From Bdellovibrionota bacterium (lineage in GTDB: Bacteria; Bdellovibrionota_C; UBA2361; JAAYZI01), in contig JBMNIF010000001.1 of assembly GCA_050950765.1 (NCBI GenBank), forward strand, positions 160,001-224,000: 64,000 nucleotides of DNA, read 5' to 3'. Shown piece after piece: positions 48,861 through 59,157 of the stretch. The first letter of the stretch is position 1; every line of letters begins with the position of its first letter. The notes under the pieces are model-generated. The model ran no database searches, was not told where the DNA came from, and was given only the letters and a program-made list of their open reading frames with translations. The translations under genes and the position numbers were made by a program.

Positions 48861-50054
48861 ATGAGTAGATATGGGATGGTTTGTTGTGATCCGGAAAAAC
48901 AGCAACAAGGAAAAACGCGGTTGTGTATCTTAGGGTCTACCGGCTCTATCGGGCAAAGCGCTTTGCAAATTGTGCGTGATAATCGTGATCGCTTTGAAGT
49001 GGTAGCGCTAGCAGCTGGCTCTAATGTAGAGGAGCTTAAGAAACAGATTCTAGAGTTTCATCCGAAAGTAGCGGCGTTACACGATGAAAAAGCTTTTTTA
49101 AAACTTGAAAAGGTTTTGCCAACCTCTGCTTGTAATGAACTCTCTTGTGGAGCAAAAAGTATTGCAGAGATAACAACACGACAAGATGTTGATGTAGTAT
49201 TGGCTGCCATAGTAGGTTTTGCTGGGCTACGCTCCGTTGTTGCAGCGTTAAGTGCTGATAAGATAGTGGCGTTGGCAAATAAGGAAAGCCTTGTGTGTGG
49301 TGGGGCGATAATAAAAAAATTATTGGCAGAAGGGCACGGAAAAATTATCCCTGTCGATAGCGAACACTCTGCTATCTTTCAAGCTCTGCAAGGACAAAGC
49401 CCTGATGGTTTGAAGAGCTTGATTTTAACGGCTTCAGGGGGTCCTTTTTTTAAAACTCCCATAGAGGAGTTTTCGACTATTACAGTAGAACAAGCTTTGA
49501 AACATCCACGTTGGAAGATGGGACCAAAGGTTACAATAGACTCAGCTACTATGATGAATAAGGCTTTAGAGGTCATAGAGGCGTATTGGTTGTTTGGAGT
49601 TTCTGAAGAACAAATTTCTGTGCTTGTACATCCGCAAAGTATCGTGCATTCTTTAGTTGAATTTGTTGATGGTAGTCAGCTGGCACAATTATCACACCCT
49701 GATATGAAGGGACCGATCGCTTATGCTTTACGTTATCCGGAAAGAATGCCGCAAGTGATGTTGCCACTAGATCTAGCAAAAATAGGGAAATTGGATTTCT
49801 TTCCGTTAGATGATAAAAAATTCCCAGCTGTTAAGCTTGCGAAGGAAGCTATTAAAAAAGGAGGCGCAGCAACAGCAGTTTTTAATATCGCTAATGAAGT
49901 TGCTGTAAAATCATTTTTAAATGAAAAGGTCGGATTTGATAAAATTGTTCCTTTCGTCGAAGATGCCTTGAATAATTTTGGAGATAAAACATATTCATCT
50001 TTGGAAGAGTTGGAGATGATTGATCGCGAGGTGCGAAAAATATTGTTAGGATAG
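48861..50054 (+). CDS. dxr: 1-deoxy-D-xylulose 5-phosphate reductoisomerase
   Basis: ILGSTGSIG, LANKESLV, PVDSEHSAIFQ, TASGGPF, HPRWKMGPKVTIDSATMMNK. Confidence 0.99.
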   Translation: MSRYGMVCCDPEKQQQGKTRLCILGSTGSIGQSALQIVRDNRDRFEVVALAAGSNVEELKKQILEFHPKVAALHDEKAFLKLEKVLPTSACNELSCGAKSIAEITTRQDVDVVLAAIVGFAGLRSVVAALSADKIVALANKESLVCGGAIIKKLLAEGHGKIIPVDSEHSAIFQALQGQSPDGLKSLILTASGGPFFKTPIEEFSTITVEQALKHPRWKMGPKVTIDSATMMNKALEVIEAYWLFGVSEEQISVLVHPQSIVHSLVEFVDGSQLAQLSHPDMKGPIAYALRYPERMPQVMLPLDLAKIGKLDFFPLDDKKFPAVKLAKEAIKKGGAATAVFNIANEVAVKSFLNEKVGFDKIVPFVEDALNNFGDKTYSSLEELEMIDREVRKILLG

Positions 50055-50063
50055 ACGGAGTTT

Positions 50064-51299
50064 ATGGTTATGGATTGGTTAATTAGTGTTTTAACAACTA
50101 CCTGCATCGGTCTTATCGTGCTGGGAGTGTTAGTTATAGTGCATGAGGGTGGGCACTTCCTAGTTGCGAAATTGTGTGGCGTGGGGGTGCTTGAATTCTC
50201 CATCGGTTTTGGGAAAAAGATCTGGCAAAAGCGCATTAACGGCACCCGTTATGCTGTGGGGATAATGCCCCTCGGCGGTTACGTTAGGATGGTCGGAGAT
50301 GATCCCTATCAGGTTTACGGCGAAGAGAAACAAGATCAAGACAAAGATAAAAATCCTGACAATATTCTTCAGCCTATTGATGATACCGAAGATGAAGATG
50401 TAAAAAAGATGTTAGCTGATAAAAGCCGCTGGTTTTTGGAACGTGGATTTTTTTCAAAGTTTGCTATTGTCTTAGCGGGTCCAGCTTTTAATATTATCTT
50501 TGCGGTACTACTCTCCATCGTTGCTTTATGTATTTACGGCGTTCACAGACCTGTACACGATCCGATAATCGGTAGCATCTTTGAAAAAATGGATTTTCCA
50601 GCAGAAAAAGCGGGACTTAAAGCCGGAGATAAAGTTCTTTCAATAAACGGTAAGGCTATGGCGACATGGGGTGATATCGTCACTACCGTGCGTAACTCTG
50701 ATGGTTCTGAGATGACGTTCGTTATTGAAAGAAAGGTTGATGATGCTTTGCAAGAGTTGAGTATCGTCGTGACACCTATTCCGGAAAGCCCAGAAATGGC
50801 GATTATGAGTGATAATGACAAAGGATCTAAAACTAAACAGGAATACATTATTGGAATCGGTGCTCCACTTGGAGAATCTGAGTCGATTACATTTGCAAAA
50901 GCTGTGGTTCTTGGATCGCGCTATGTTTTTGATCTGTCGATTTATACCTTAAAAAGTTTAAAACTATTGGTCACGGGAGAGGTCTCGGCAAAACATTTAG
51001 GGGGACCTATTGCGATAGTTCAAGCGGCAGGAAGTTCCGCTGAAAAAGGAGGAGCGCCTCTTTTTAAATTCGTGGTATTTTTAAGTGTCAGTTTAGCGAT
51101 CTTAAATCTTTTACCGATTCCAATTTTGGATGGTGGGCATCTGATGTTCTTCATCGTCGGTGCTATCAAGGGGCTTTTTACCGGAAAATCTTCTCTTGAT
51201 ATAAAAACTCAAGAGTTTGCCAATAGGCTTGGGTTGGCATTTCTGATGGCGTTGATGCTTTTTGCTATTGGAAATGATATTTTTAGGTTGTTTAATTAA
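50064..51299 (+). CDS. rseP: RIP metalloprotease RseP
   Basis: HEGGH, LGGYVRM, PDZ domain, NLLPIPILDGGH. Confidence 0.97.
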   Translation: MVMDWLISVLTTTCIGLIVLGVLVIVHEGGHFLVAKLCGVGVLEFSIGFGKKIWQKRINGTRYAVGIMPLGGYVRMVGDDPYQVYGEEKQDQDKDKNPDNILQPIDDTEDEDVKKMLADKSRWFLERGFFSKFAIVLAGPAFNIIFAVLLSIVALCIYGVHRPVHDPIIGSIFEKMDFPAEKAGLKAGDKVLSINGKAMATWGDIVTTVRNSDGSEMTFVIERKVDDALQELSIVVTPIPESPEMAIMSDNDKGSKTKQEYIIGIGAPLGESESITFAKAVVLGSRYVFDLSIYTLKSLKLLVTGEVSAKHLGGPIAIVQAAGSSAEKGGAPLFKFVVFLSVSLAILNLLPIPILDGGHLMFFIVGAIKGLFTGKSSLDIKTQEFANRLGLAFLMALMLFAIGNDIFRLFN

Positions 51300-51337
51300 A
51301 GTTTTTTCGCAGAAACTCTCTTTGTTAATAAGATTAA

Positions 51338-52024
51338 ATGCAAAGTATTTTAGCAATTGATACTAGTACTGAAATTACATTTGTAGCCGTTGCTTCGAGA
51401 GATGGTAGATCTGCTGCTAGATCTTCTGAAGTAGGACAGCACGATGATAAGTTAGCAGAGATGGTGCAAGCGGTTTTGCAAGATGCAAAAATTAATGCAG
51501 AAGAGTTAGATCTGATAGGTGTTGGAGCAGGTCCTGGTTCTTTTACAGGGCTTAGGATTGGGCTTAGTTTTGCTTCAGGTTTTGCACAAGGACTGGAAAA
51601 GCCGTTGTATACTATGGTGTCTTTAAAAGCTTATGCTGAAGAGTTTAAAGCACAAGCTAAAGTTGTTATTACCCTTTGTGATGCAAGGCGGCAGGAGATG
51701 TTCTTTGCTTCTTATAGGAGCGTTGATTTAGAGGAGTTGTCTACACCACAGATAGTTAACGCAGAAGAGTTGCAACACTACTTACTTTCTTTAGAAAAAA
51801 CGGGTGTTTCTAAAGAAGATATTTTAATTGTATCCATGGGGGAGGTTAGTCTTCCGCAAGGGTATCGAACAGAAAAACCTAAAAAAATAGCTGCTGCTAT
51901 AATAAGTCTTATTCAAAATGGAGAGCCTCCCTTTAATCGGGATGGTGCGGCTGCTCTGCTCTATATTAGAAAAGTTGCAGCAAAAACAATTGCAGAAAGA
52001 CTTCTTAAAGTAGAAAATAGTTAA
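51338..52024 (+). CDS. tsaB: t6A tRNA modification protein TsaB
   Basis: ILAIDTS, GPGSFTGLRIG, DARRQE. Confidence 0.95.
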   Translation: MQSILAIDTSTEITFVAVASRDGRSAARSSEVGQHDDKLAEMVQAVLQDAKINAEELDLIGVGAGPGSFTGLRIGLSFASGFAQGLEKPLYTMVSLKAYAEEFKAQAKVVITLCDARRQEMFFASYRSVDLEELSTPQIVNAEELQHYLLSLEKTGVSKEDILIVSMGEVSLPQGYRTEKPKKIAAAIISLIQNGEPPFNRDGAAALLYIRKVAAKTIAERLLKVENS

Positions 52025-52100
52025 AGTATTTACTGTTGTTAGAAGAGCTCTAAAAGCTCTTTATTGTGCAAGAGAAATTAAAATAAGCGAAGTCAATGTA

Positions 52101-52129
52101 TTGACGAAGAGGAAAAACGTGGGTAAAAT
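52101..52129 (+). promoter_or_regulatory. Putative sigma70 promoter for rho (about 250-nt leader)
   Basis: TTGACG-17 nt-TAAAAT. Confidence 0.6.
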
Positions 52130-52382
52130 TATTAATTGTAGGTGGTTATCACCACTTTTCTAAGATTCCTCTTTATATAGTAAATATATATTAACTAAAT
52201 ATTTATTAAATATTTTATCCTTGATTCTTTGAGCGACTCTTTTTGTTAAAGAATAACATTTTTGATGCCGTTCAATTTTAATAAAAAAAGCGATGGGAGC
52301 TTGATAAACTTTGTAAATTTATTGTGTTTCCTTTCCGAAAGGAAAACAGTGGTCGCGCTTATCTAAAACATCTCTAAGAGAA

Positions 52383-53642
52383 ATGGTTATGAACTTAAAT
52401 GAATTAAAAGCTAAAACTTCTGAAGAATTAGTGATGCTCGCTTCTGATTTTAAAATTGAGGGAGCTAATACAATGCGGAGACAGGATCTGATCTTTAGCA
52501 TCTTAACAGCCCAGTCTGATTCCAATGGCGGGATTTACGCGCAGGGCGTTCTGGAGTGTTTGCCTGACGGCTTCGGCTTCTTAAGAGCTCCTGAATATAA
52601 TTATTTGCCTGGATCCGATGATATTTATGTTTCTCCGGCGCAGATTAGACGCTTCGGATTGAAAACAGGTGATAGCATTGAAGGTCAAATTCGTCCTCCA
52701 CGACAGAAAGAAGGGGAGCGTTATTTTGCTTTATTAAAGGTGCAAACCGTTAATCAGGATCCCGTTGAAGTCTTAAGACATAAAGTACACTTTGATAATT
52801 TAACACCGATTTATCCGCAGGAAAAATTAAACCTTGAGAGGAAAAATGGGGAACTTTCAACACGTATCGTCGATCTCTTCGCTCCGATAGGAAAGGGGCA
52901 ACGCGCTTTAATCGTGGCACAACCTAAAACAGGTAAGACTATTCTTTTACAACAGTTGGCTAATGCCATTACGGAGAATAATCCTGAAGTTATGTTGATA
53001 GTGCTTTTGATTGATGAAAGACCTGAAGAGGTAACGGATATGCAGAGATCTGTTAAAGGTGAAGTTATTAGTTCAACCTTTGATGAACCAGCACAGCGGC
53101 ACGTGCAGGTAGCTGAAATGGTCATTGAAAAAGCAAAACGTTTTGTTGAACACGGACGTGATGTAGTGATTCTGTTAGATTCAATCACGCGTCTTGCTAG
53201 AGCGTATAATACGGTTGTGCCGCCGAGTGGTAAGATCCTTTCCGGTGGTGTTGATTCAAATGCTTTGCATAAACCGAAACGATTTTTTGGAGCTGCCAGA
53301 AATATTGAAAACGGTGGGAGCTTAACAATTATCGGCACAGCGCTGATTGATACCGGTTCAAGGATGGATGAAGTTATCTTTGAAGAGTTTAAAGGAACCG
53401 GTAATATGGAGTTGGCGCTTGATCGTAAATTGACAGAGCGTCGTATCTTCCCCTCTATTGATCTGAATCATTCTTCAACGAGGAGAGAGGAGCTTTTGAT
53501 TGATAATGATACGTTGCAAAAGATCTGGCTACTCAGAAAGGTTTTGCAGCCACTTACTCCTGTTGATGCGATGGAGTGGTTGTTGAGTAAAATGGAAGGT
53601 ACTAAAACCAATAAAGAGTTCTTTGATATGATGAAAGGTTAA
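52383..53642 (+). CDS. rho: Transcription termination factor Rho
   Basis: [45 protein letters not shown]. Confidence 0.99.
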   Translation: MVMNLNELKAKTSEELVMLASDFKIEGANTMRRQDLIFSILTAQSDSNGGIYAQGVLECLPDGFGFLRAPEYNYLPGSDDIYVSPAQIRRFGLKTGDSIEGQIRPPRQKEGERYFALLKVQTVNQDPVEVLRHKVHFDNLTPIYPQEKLNLERKNGELSTRIVDLFAPIGKGQRALIVAQPKTGKTILLQQLANAITENNPEVMLIVLLIDERPEEVTDMQRSVKGEVISSTFDEPAQRHVQVAEMVIEKAKRFVEHGRDVVILLDSITRLARAYNTVVPPSGKILSGGVDSNALHKPKRFFGAARNIENGGSLTIIGTALIDTGSRMDEVIFEEFKGTGNMELALDRKLTERRIFPSIDLNHSSTRREELLIDNDTLQKIWLLRKVLQPLTPVDAMEWLLSKMEGTKTNKEFFDMMKG

Positions 53643-53659
53643 AACTTGAGATCTTAGTT

Positions 53660-55054
53660 ATGTCTAAAAAACCGTTAATACTTGCCGCCGATGATAATGA
53701 GGATGCTCTTTTTGCTTTAAAAGAGATTTTAGATGTCGCGGGGTTTGATGTGCAGACTGCGATTAACGGCAAGGAGGCGGTTGAAAAAGCAAAACAGTTT
53801 AATCCCGATCTGATTTTACTTGATTTAGTAATGCCGAAGATGAACGGGTATGAAGCTACGCAGGTGCTAAAAGCAGATCCTGAGTTGCGTTATACTCCGG
53901 TAGTGTTGGTAACTTCAAAAGATAACCTTGAAGATATCGTGATGGGATTAAATTATGGTGCGGATGATTATATCAAAAAGCCGTTCCGTAAGGAGGAGTT
54001 ATTGGCACGCATTAATGCGGCGATGCGCATGCGTGCTTTGTATCAAGACTTGCAGCAGAGTCATGCTGATAATCGACGTTTGCGTTTAGAATTAAAAGAG
54101 GGCGCAGAGTTTGAGGGCATTATTGGAAGCAGCGCCTCAATGCGGGAGATCTATGCTTTGATCGATAAGATTAAAGAGTCGGATGTTTCGGTATTAATTA
54201 CGGGAGAGTCAGGTACTGGGAAAGAGTTGATAGCGCGAGCTATTCATACTACGGGACAGAGAAAGAACAGAGCTTTTGTAGCGCAAAACTGTTCTGCTTT
54301 TAATGATAATCTACTTGAATCAGAGCTCTTCGGACATGTGAAGGGTGCTTTTACGGGGGCGACACGCGACAAACAGGGGCTTTTTGAAGTTGCAGATGGT
54401 GGAAGCTTTTTTCTTGATGAGTTGGGAGAGATGAGCCCTGCTTTACAGGTGAAGCTGTTGAGAGTTTTGCAAGATGGTACCTTTATCCCTGTTGGTGCGA
54501 CAGCTGCAAAAAAAGTAGATGTTAGAGTTATCGCTGCAACGAATAGAGATCTGCGAGAGATGGTTAAAAAAGGACTCTTTAGAGAGGATCTCTTTTACCG
54601 TTTGAATGTTGTTAATATAGCGTTGCCGCCTTTAAGAGAGAGGCGAGTCGATATCCCGCTTTTAGCACAATTCTTTTTGCAGCAGATCGCTGCTAAAAAC
54701 GGTACAAAATGTAAAGTTCTTTCAGAGGAATCTCTGCGAGTTCTTTCTGATTATGATTGGCCGGGTAATGTCAGGGAGCTGCAAAACGAATTGGAGCGTG
54801 CCGTTATTATGAGTGGACACGTTGAGGAGATCTCCTTAGTTGATATCTCAAAGCATTTACAAAAAACAGATTCTTCAGATGAAACGAGAGGAAAACGGTT
54901 GGATGGTAAATTAAAGGATGCTATTGAGAATCTTGAAAAGAATATGATTGCAGCAGCCTTAGATCGGCATAATGGTAATAAAAGTGAAGCTGCTAAAGAT
55001 TTAGGGTTGTCTCGATCAACTTTAATCTCTAAGGTCGCCAATTATCAATTGTAG
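53660..55054 (+). CDS. Sigma54-dependent response regulator (REC-AAA+-Fis HTH, NtrC family)
   Basis: Receiver LLDLVMPKMNG, GESGTGKE, ESELFGHVKGAFTGA, WPGNVREL, Fis HTH. Confidence 0.96.
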   Translation: MSKKPLILAADDNEDALFALKEILDVAGFDVQTAINGKEAVEKAKQFNPDLILLDLVMPKMNGYEATQVLKADPELRYTPVVLVTSKDNLEDIVMGLNYGADDYIKKPFRKEELLARINAAMRMRALYQDLQQSHADNRRLRLELKEGAEFEGIIGSSASMREIYALIDKIKESDVSVLITGESGTGKELIARAIHTTGQRKNRAFVAQNCSAFNDNLLESELFGHVKGAFTGATRDKQGLFEVADGGSFFLDELGEMSPALQVKLLRVLQDGTFIPVGATAAKKVDVRVIAATNRDLREMVKKGLFREDLFYRLNVVNIALPPLRERRVDIPLLAQFFLQQIAAKNGTKCKVLSEESLRVLSDYDWPGNVRELQNELERAVIMSGHVEEISLVDISKHLQKTDSSDETRGKRLDGKLKDAIENLEKNMIAAALDRHNGNKSEAAKDLGLSRSTLISKVANYQL

Positions 55055-55091
55055 TCATACATAACCTAGTGAGATATTTTAGGAGGTTCTT

Positions 55092-56339
55092 GTGAGTAGT
55101 GTAAGGGAGGCGGCGATTGCAGCAAAAAAAGTTTCTGGAGACTTAGCAGCATTCTCCACAGAGAAAAAAAATCGCATACTGTTAAAAATCGCAGATTATT
55201 TAAGAGATAATAAACCGTATATTCTTAGTGCTAATGCAGAAGATATTCATCTTGGTGAGAAAAACGGATTAAATCAAACTTTAATTGATCGCTTAAGCCT
55301 TACTGAAGAACGTATTGAAGATATCGCTAAAGGAGTTGAGCAGGTCGCCTCTCTTCCAGATCCGATCGGTGTAGTGCTCTCAGAGTGGGATACTGCAGCG
55401 GGGTTACATATTCAAAAGGTGCGGGTGCCTTTCGGGGTTTTAGGAATAATCTATGAAGCGCGTCCAAATGTTACGATTGATGCTGCTGTGCTAAGCATAA
55501 AAAGCGGAAATGTTGCTTTGTTGCGAGGAAGTTCTTCTGCGCTTAATTCAAATCGTGCTTTAACAAAAATTGTGCAGGATGCTTTAGAAGTTGAAGGGGT
55601 AGCACGTGAAAGTGTACAACTACTTGATGCTGCTGGGTACGAAGCTACACAAGAGATGATGCAGCTTAGAGGGTTAATAGATGTTTTAATTCCAAGAGGC
55701 GGAGCTTCTTTAATTAAATCGGTTGTAGAGATGGCTGCTGTTCCTGTGATTGAAACTGGTGCTGGAAATTGCCATGTTTATATTCATAAAGATGGTGATG
55801 TAGAGATGGCTAAGAAGATAGTGCTTAATGCAAAAATACAACGCCCCTCTGTTTGTAATGCTCTCGAAACTTTATTGGTTCATCAAGAATGGGCTAAAAA
55901 ATATTTAAAAGATATAGTTGAGGCGTTACAAGAAAAAAGGGTGGAGTGTAGAGGGTGTGAAGAGGCTTGTCAGATCGTGAAGTCTTTAAAAGCAGCTACT
56001 ACTCAAGATTGGGAGACGGAGTTCCTTGATTATATTCTTGCAATAAAAATAGTTGATTCTGAAGAGGCAGCTATCGAGCATATCAACCATTATGGCACGA
56101 AGCATTCAGAAGCAATTATTACCCAATCTGAAGAAGTAGCAGAAAAGTTTATGCAGTACGTTGATGCGGCAGCTGTTTATCAAAATGCTTCAACACGCTT
56201 TACAGACGGATTCGTTTTCGGATTTGGCGCAGAGATAGGGATTAGTACGCAAAAATTGCACGCTAGAGGTCCTATGGGTTTGTGCGAAATGACATCATAT
56301 AAATATAAAATCTTTGGAAAAGGAGAGGTTCGATCTTAA
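55092..56339 (+). CDS. proA: Gamma-glutamyl phosphate reductase
   Basis: IYEARPNVT, IPRGG, GNCHVY, RPSVCNALE, NASTRFTDG, GISTQKLHARGPMGL. Confidence 0.98.
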   Translation: MSSVREAAIAAKKVSGDLAAFSTEKKNRILLKIADYLRDNKPYILSANAEDIHLGEKNGLNQTLIDRLSLTEERIEDIAKGVEQVASLPDPIGVVLSEWDTAAGLHIQKVRVPFGVLGIIYEARPNVTIDAAVLSIKSGNVALLRGSSSALNSNRALTKIVQDALEVEGVARESVQLLDAAGYEATQEMMQLRGLIDVLIPRGGASLIKSVVEMAAVPVIETGAGNCHVYIHKDGDVEMAKKIVLNAKIQRPSVCNALETLLVHQEWAKKYLKDIVEALQEKRVECRGCEEACQIVKSLKAATTQDWETEFLDYILAIKIVDSEEAAIEHINHYGTKHSEAIITQSEEVAEKFMQYVDAAAVYQNASTRFTDGFVFGFGAEIGISTQKLHARGPMGLCEMTSYKYKIFGKGEVRS

Positions 56340-56365
56340 GAGTCTCCTTAGTTTTCTTTCACCTA

Positions 56366-57125
56366 ACTTTTTACCTCCGTAGAGATCTAGCCGAACCGTT
56401 CTGCAAGTTGTAGCCCGTTCGGTCGTTACTGGTGGGTGGCACCAGATCCACTAAGCTATCGCTGCCAATTAGGACACCCGCTTTTAGCTAAAGGGTGGCA
56501 CCAACGACAGCAGCTACAAAGAAGGGTGGCACCAAAACTGCCAGATTCTAGGCTTTTGTTAACGTCTTGATATTATTAGATGTTGTGATTTTGAAGTTTG
56601 GGTGTCCTATTTGCAAAGCGTCTGCGTCCCTGAAGGGTGGCACCAGATCCAAGCCAAACCAAAGCCCCATTAGCCAGCTACAAAGAAGGGTGGCACCAAA
56701 TTTTTAAACAGCCCGTCCGGTCGTTATGGTGGGTGGTACCAGTGACAGCCAGCTACAAAGAAGGGTGGCACCAAATTTTTAACCTCCAGTTTTTTGACCC
56801 CCGTTCTATCGTCCCTCAAGGGTGGCAACCAGTGACAGCCCCGATAAAGAAGGGTGGCACCAAAACTCTGAAGGGTGGCACCAAAACTACCTGATTTTGG
56901 GTTTTTGTTAACGTCTTGATATTATTAGATGTTGTGATTCTGAAGTTTGGGAGAAAACTCTAGTGGGTGGCACCAAATTTTTGACCTCCGTGAAGATCTA
57001 GCCGATCCCGTCTTGCAGTTACAGCCCGTCCGGTCGTTACTGGTGGGTGGCACCAGATCCTCCGTCAACATCTAGCCGATTCGGTTTTTAGTTGTAGCCC
57101 GTCTGATTGTTCTTAGAGGGTGGAG
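56366..57125. repeat. Repeat array 10 (10 exact and 3 variant cores) between convergent proA and lptB
   Basis: Cores at 56434, 56493, 56524, 56635, 56688, 56731 (variant), 56763, 56820 (variant), 56852, 56873, 56965, 57045, 57118 (variant). Confidence 0.96.
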
Positions 57126-57184
57126 GGGTCGTTACTGAAGGGGTAGGGAGATCATCACCTGAAGGGGGCGGGGAAGTAGAAACT

Positions 57185-57910
57185 CTACATCTCAAAATTT
57201 TCCCCTAAATAATACCTTTGAGCCTCTTTACTGTTGGTTATGATATCGGAGTCCCCTTCTACAAGAATTTTACCATCAACTACAATATAGGCACGATCGC
57301 AGATCCCGAGAGTTTCATGGACGTTGTGATCTGTAATAAGAACTCCGATCCCTTTGTCTTTTAACTGTCGCACGATCGATTGAATATCTGCAATCGCTAT
57401 CGGATCAATTCCAGCAAATGGTTCGTCTAAAAGAATAAAGTGCGGAGAACGTGCTAAGGCACGCGCAATCTCAACTCTACGTCGCTCACCACCTGAAAGA
57501 GAAGCTGCCATGTTATTCGCCAAGCTTGCGACACCCAGTTCATTTAAAAGTTCATTTAAACGGTTTTTACGCTCCTTTTCTGAGTTGAACTTTACGGTCT
57601 CAAGAATGGCCATAATGTTGTCTTTGACACTTAATTTTCTAAATACCGAAGCTTCTTGCGGTAAATATCCTATTCCTAAACGGGCACGTTCAAAAACAGG
57701 TTCTTTTGTAATGTCTTTTCCATCAATAAAGACCTTACCACTATTTGGGGTGATCAGCCCCACACACATATAGAAAGTCGTGGTTTTTCCAGCACCATTT
57801 GGGCCCAAAAGTCCGACGATCTCACCAGCGTTAACGTTGATTGAGATATTGTTAACTACTTTACGACCACCGTAAATTTTTGAAATGTTTTCAGCTGAAA
57901 GTGTGTGCAT
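57185..57910 (-). CDS. lptB: LPS export ABC transporter ATP-binding protein
   Basis: GPNGAGKTTTFY, YLPQEASVFRKL, LSGGERRRVEIARAL, ITDHNV. Confidence 0.97.
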   Translation of the reverse strand: MHTLSAENISKIYGGRKVVNNISINVNAGEIVGLLGPNGAGKTTTFYMCVGLITPNSGKVFIDGKDITKEPVFERARLGIGYLPQEASVFRKLSVKDNIMAILETVKFNSEKERKNRLNELLNELGVASLANNMAASLSGGERRRVEIARALARSPHFILLDEPFAGIDPIAIADIQSIVRQLKDKGIGVLITDHNVHETLGICDRAYIVVDGKILVEGDSDIITNSKEAQRYYLGENFEM

Positions 57911-58428
57911 TATTTTTTATCCTTACTTCCCTGTTTTACCAGTTTAACTCTGACATTACCTGTTGCTTCACTCTTGTTAGTCTGTAAATGGATAACGATG
58001 GAGTCTGCACTTAAAACGCTACCATCTTGCAAGAGTTCCGGATTCTCTGTCAATGTTAATGATTCTGAACTTTGCTCATAGATCGTTTTCTGACAGGTGG
58101 CACGAATTGAAGTTCCTTTAACGATAGTAACATTTTTTTTAGCTATCATCTTTGTAATCTGATTATTTTCGTTGTAGTACCCCTCCAACTCATCACAGGT
58201 CATGTGAAGATCTCCATGTAAGACATCAACTGCACCCGAATAAATGAAGACACGTTCGTTCGCTTTGAGAATCAAAGAGGTCGATTTAATATAGGTTGGA
58301 CTGTTACCCACATCGAACTCCATCTGATCTTGTTTTGATAACGAATCTAGTGGTGATGATGTCTCTGCTAGAGCAGTTGTGGAGGTGATTAGGGTGATTA
58401 TTAGTATAAGAATAAAGGGGGTCTTCAT
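57910..58428 (-). CDS. lptA: LptA/OstA-family periplasmic protein
   Basis: Signal peptide, beta-jellyroll pattern (LTENPELLQ), position between lptC and lptB. Confidence 0.85.
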   Translation of the reverse strand: MKTPFILILIITLITSTTALAETSSPLDSLSKQDQMEFDVGNSPTYIKSTSLILKANERVFIYSGAVDVLHGDLHMTCDELEGYYNENNQITKMIAKKNVTIVKGTSIRATCQKTIYEQSSESLTLTENPELLQDGSVLSADSIVIHLQTNKSEATGNVRVKLVKQGSKDKK

Positions 58429-58441
58429 TTTTTTCTTTCTC

Positions 58442-59116
58442 CTATCTCTTTTTAGCTTTTTTTTGAAGTTCTGGTTTCTTATCCTCTTTCTTTAGAGCTT
58501 GCTTTAAATTTTGTTGACCATATTGAAAGATCGTAGTTGAAACATCTTTTTCTAATAGGAATTCTTTTGTTCCGAGATTGGCACGTAACTTCTTCCCTTT
58601 AAGAATTAAGCCTGGTTTTTCAATGGTAATTTCTCCTGGGGTTGTCACTGTCTGATCATCACCAGCCATTCTAGCTCTGTTTGTCGTTAACTTAATATCA
58701 TTTAGCGTAATTATGACGTTGTCGGAAAGTTTGACATCTTCAAGCTTAGCATCTTTGATCGTAATATTAGCTTTTTCTGAGGTGACAGTAATGACATCCC
58801 CATCTTTTTGATAAAACCATAGTTGTGCTTCCAATAGTTGCGCCGTTTGCTCAGTAGGATTATAACGACCTTCTTTCGACATAACCTCCCATAATTTTTT
58901 GCCGTCCTTTGTTTCGCTGCGGTGAAACTTTCCCATAACTAACTCTATATCAGAATCAGGCATAGCGGAGGCTATCTTTTCTGAAAGAGTTTGCTCTGCG
59001 GGGGGAGGGGGAAGATTATAGCTTTGGTTTGCTTTATGCAGGAAGCCCGCAACTAGGAAAAAGCAGATGATAACGCATCCCGACAGGATTAGACTTTGTT
59101 TGCGAGTTAGTCTCAT
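58442..59116 (-). CDS. lptC: LPS export protein LptC
   Basis: N-terminal TM anchor, ETKDGKKLWEV beta-rich domain, operon context. Confidence 0.82.
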   Translation of the reverse strand: MRLTRKQSLILSGCVIICFFLVAGFLHKANQSYNLPPPPAEQTLSEKIASAMPDSDIELVMGKFHRSETKDGKKLWEVMSKEGRYNPTEQTAQLLEAQLWFYQKDGDVITVTSEKANITIKDAKLEDVKLSDNVIITLNDIKLTTNRARMAGDDQTVTTPGEITIEKPGLILKGKKLRANLGTKEFLLEKDVSTTIFQYGQQNLKQALKKEDKKPELQKKAKKR

Positions 59117-59157
59117 GAAGTAAAATTAACCTTAAAAATGTAGTATTCGTTTTCCTA

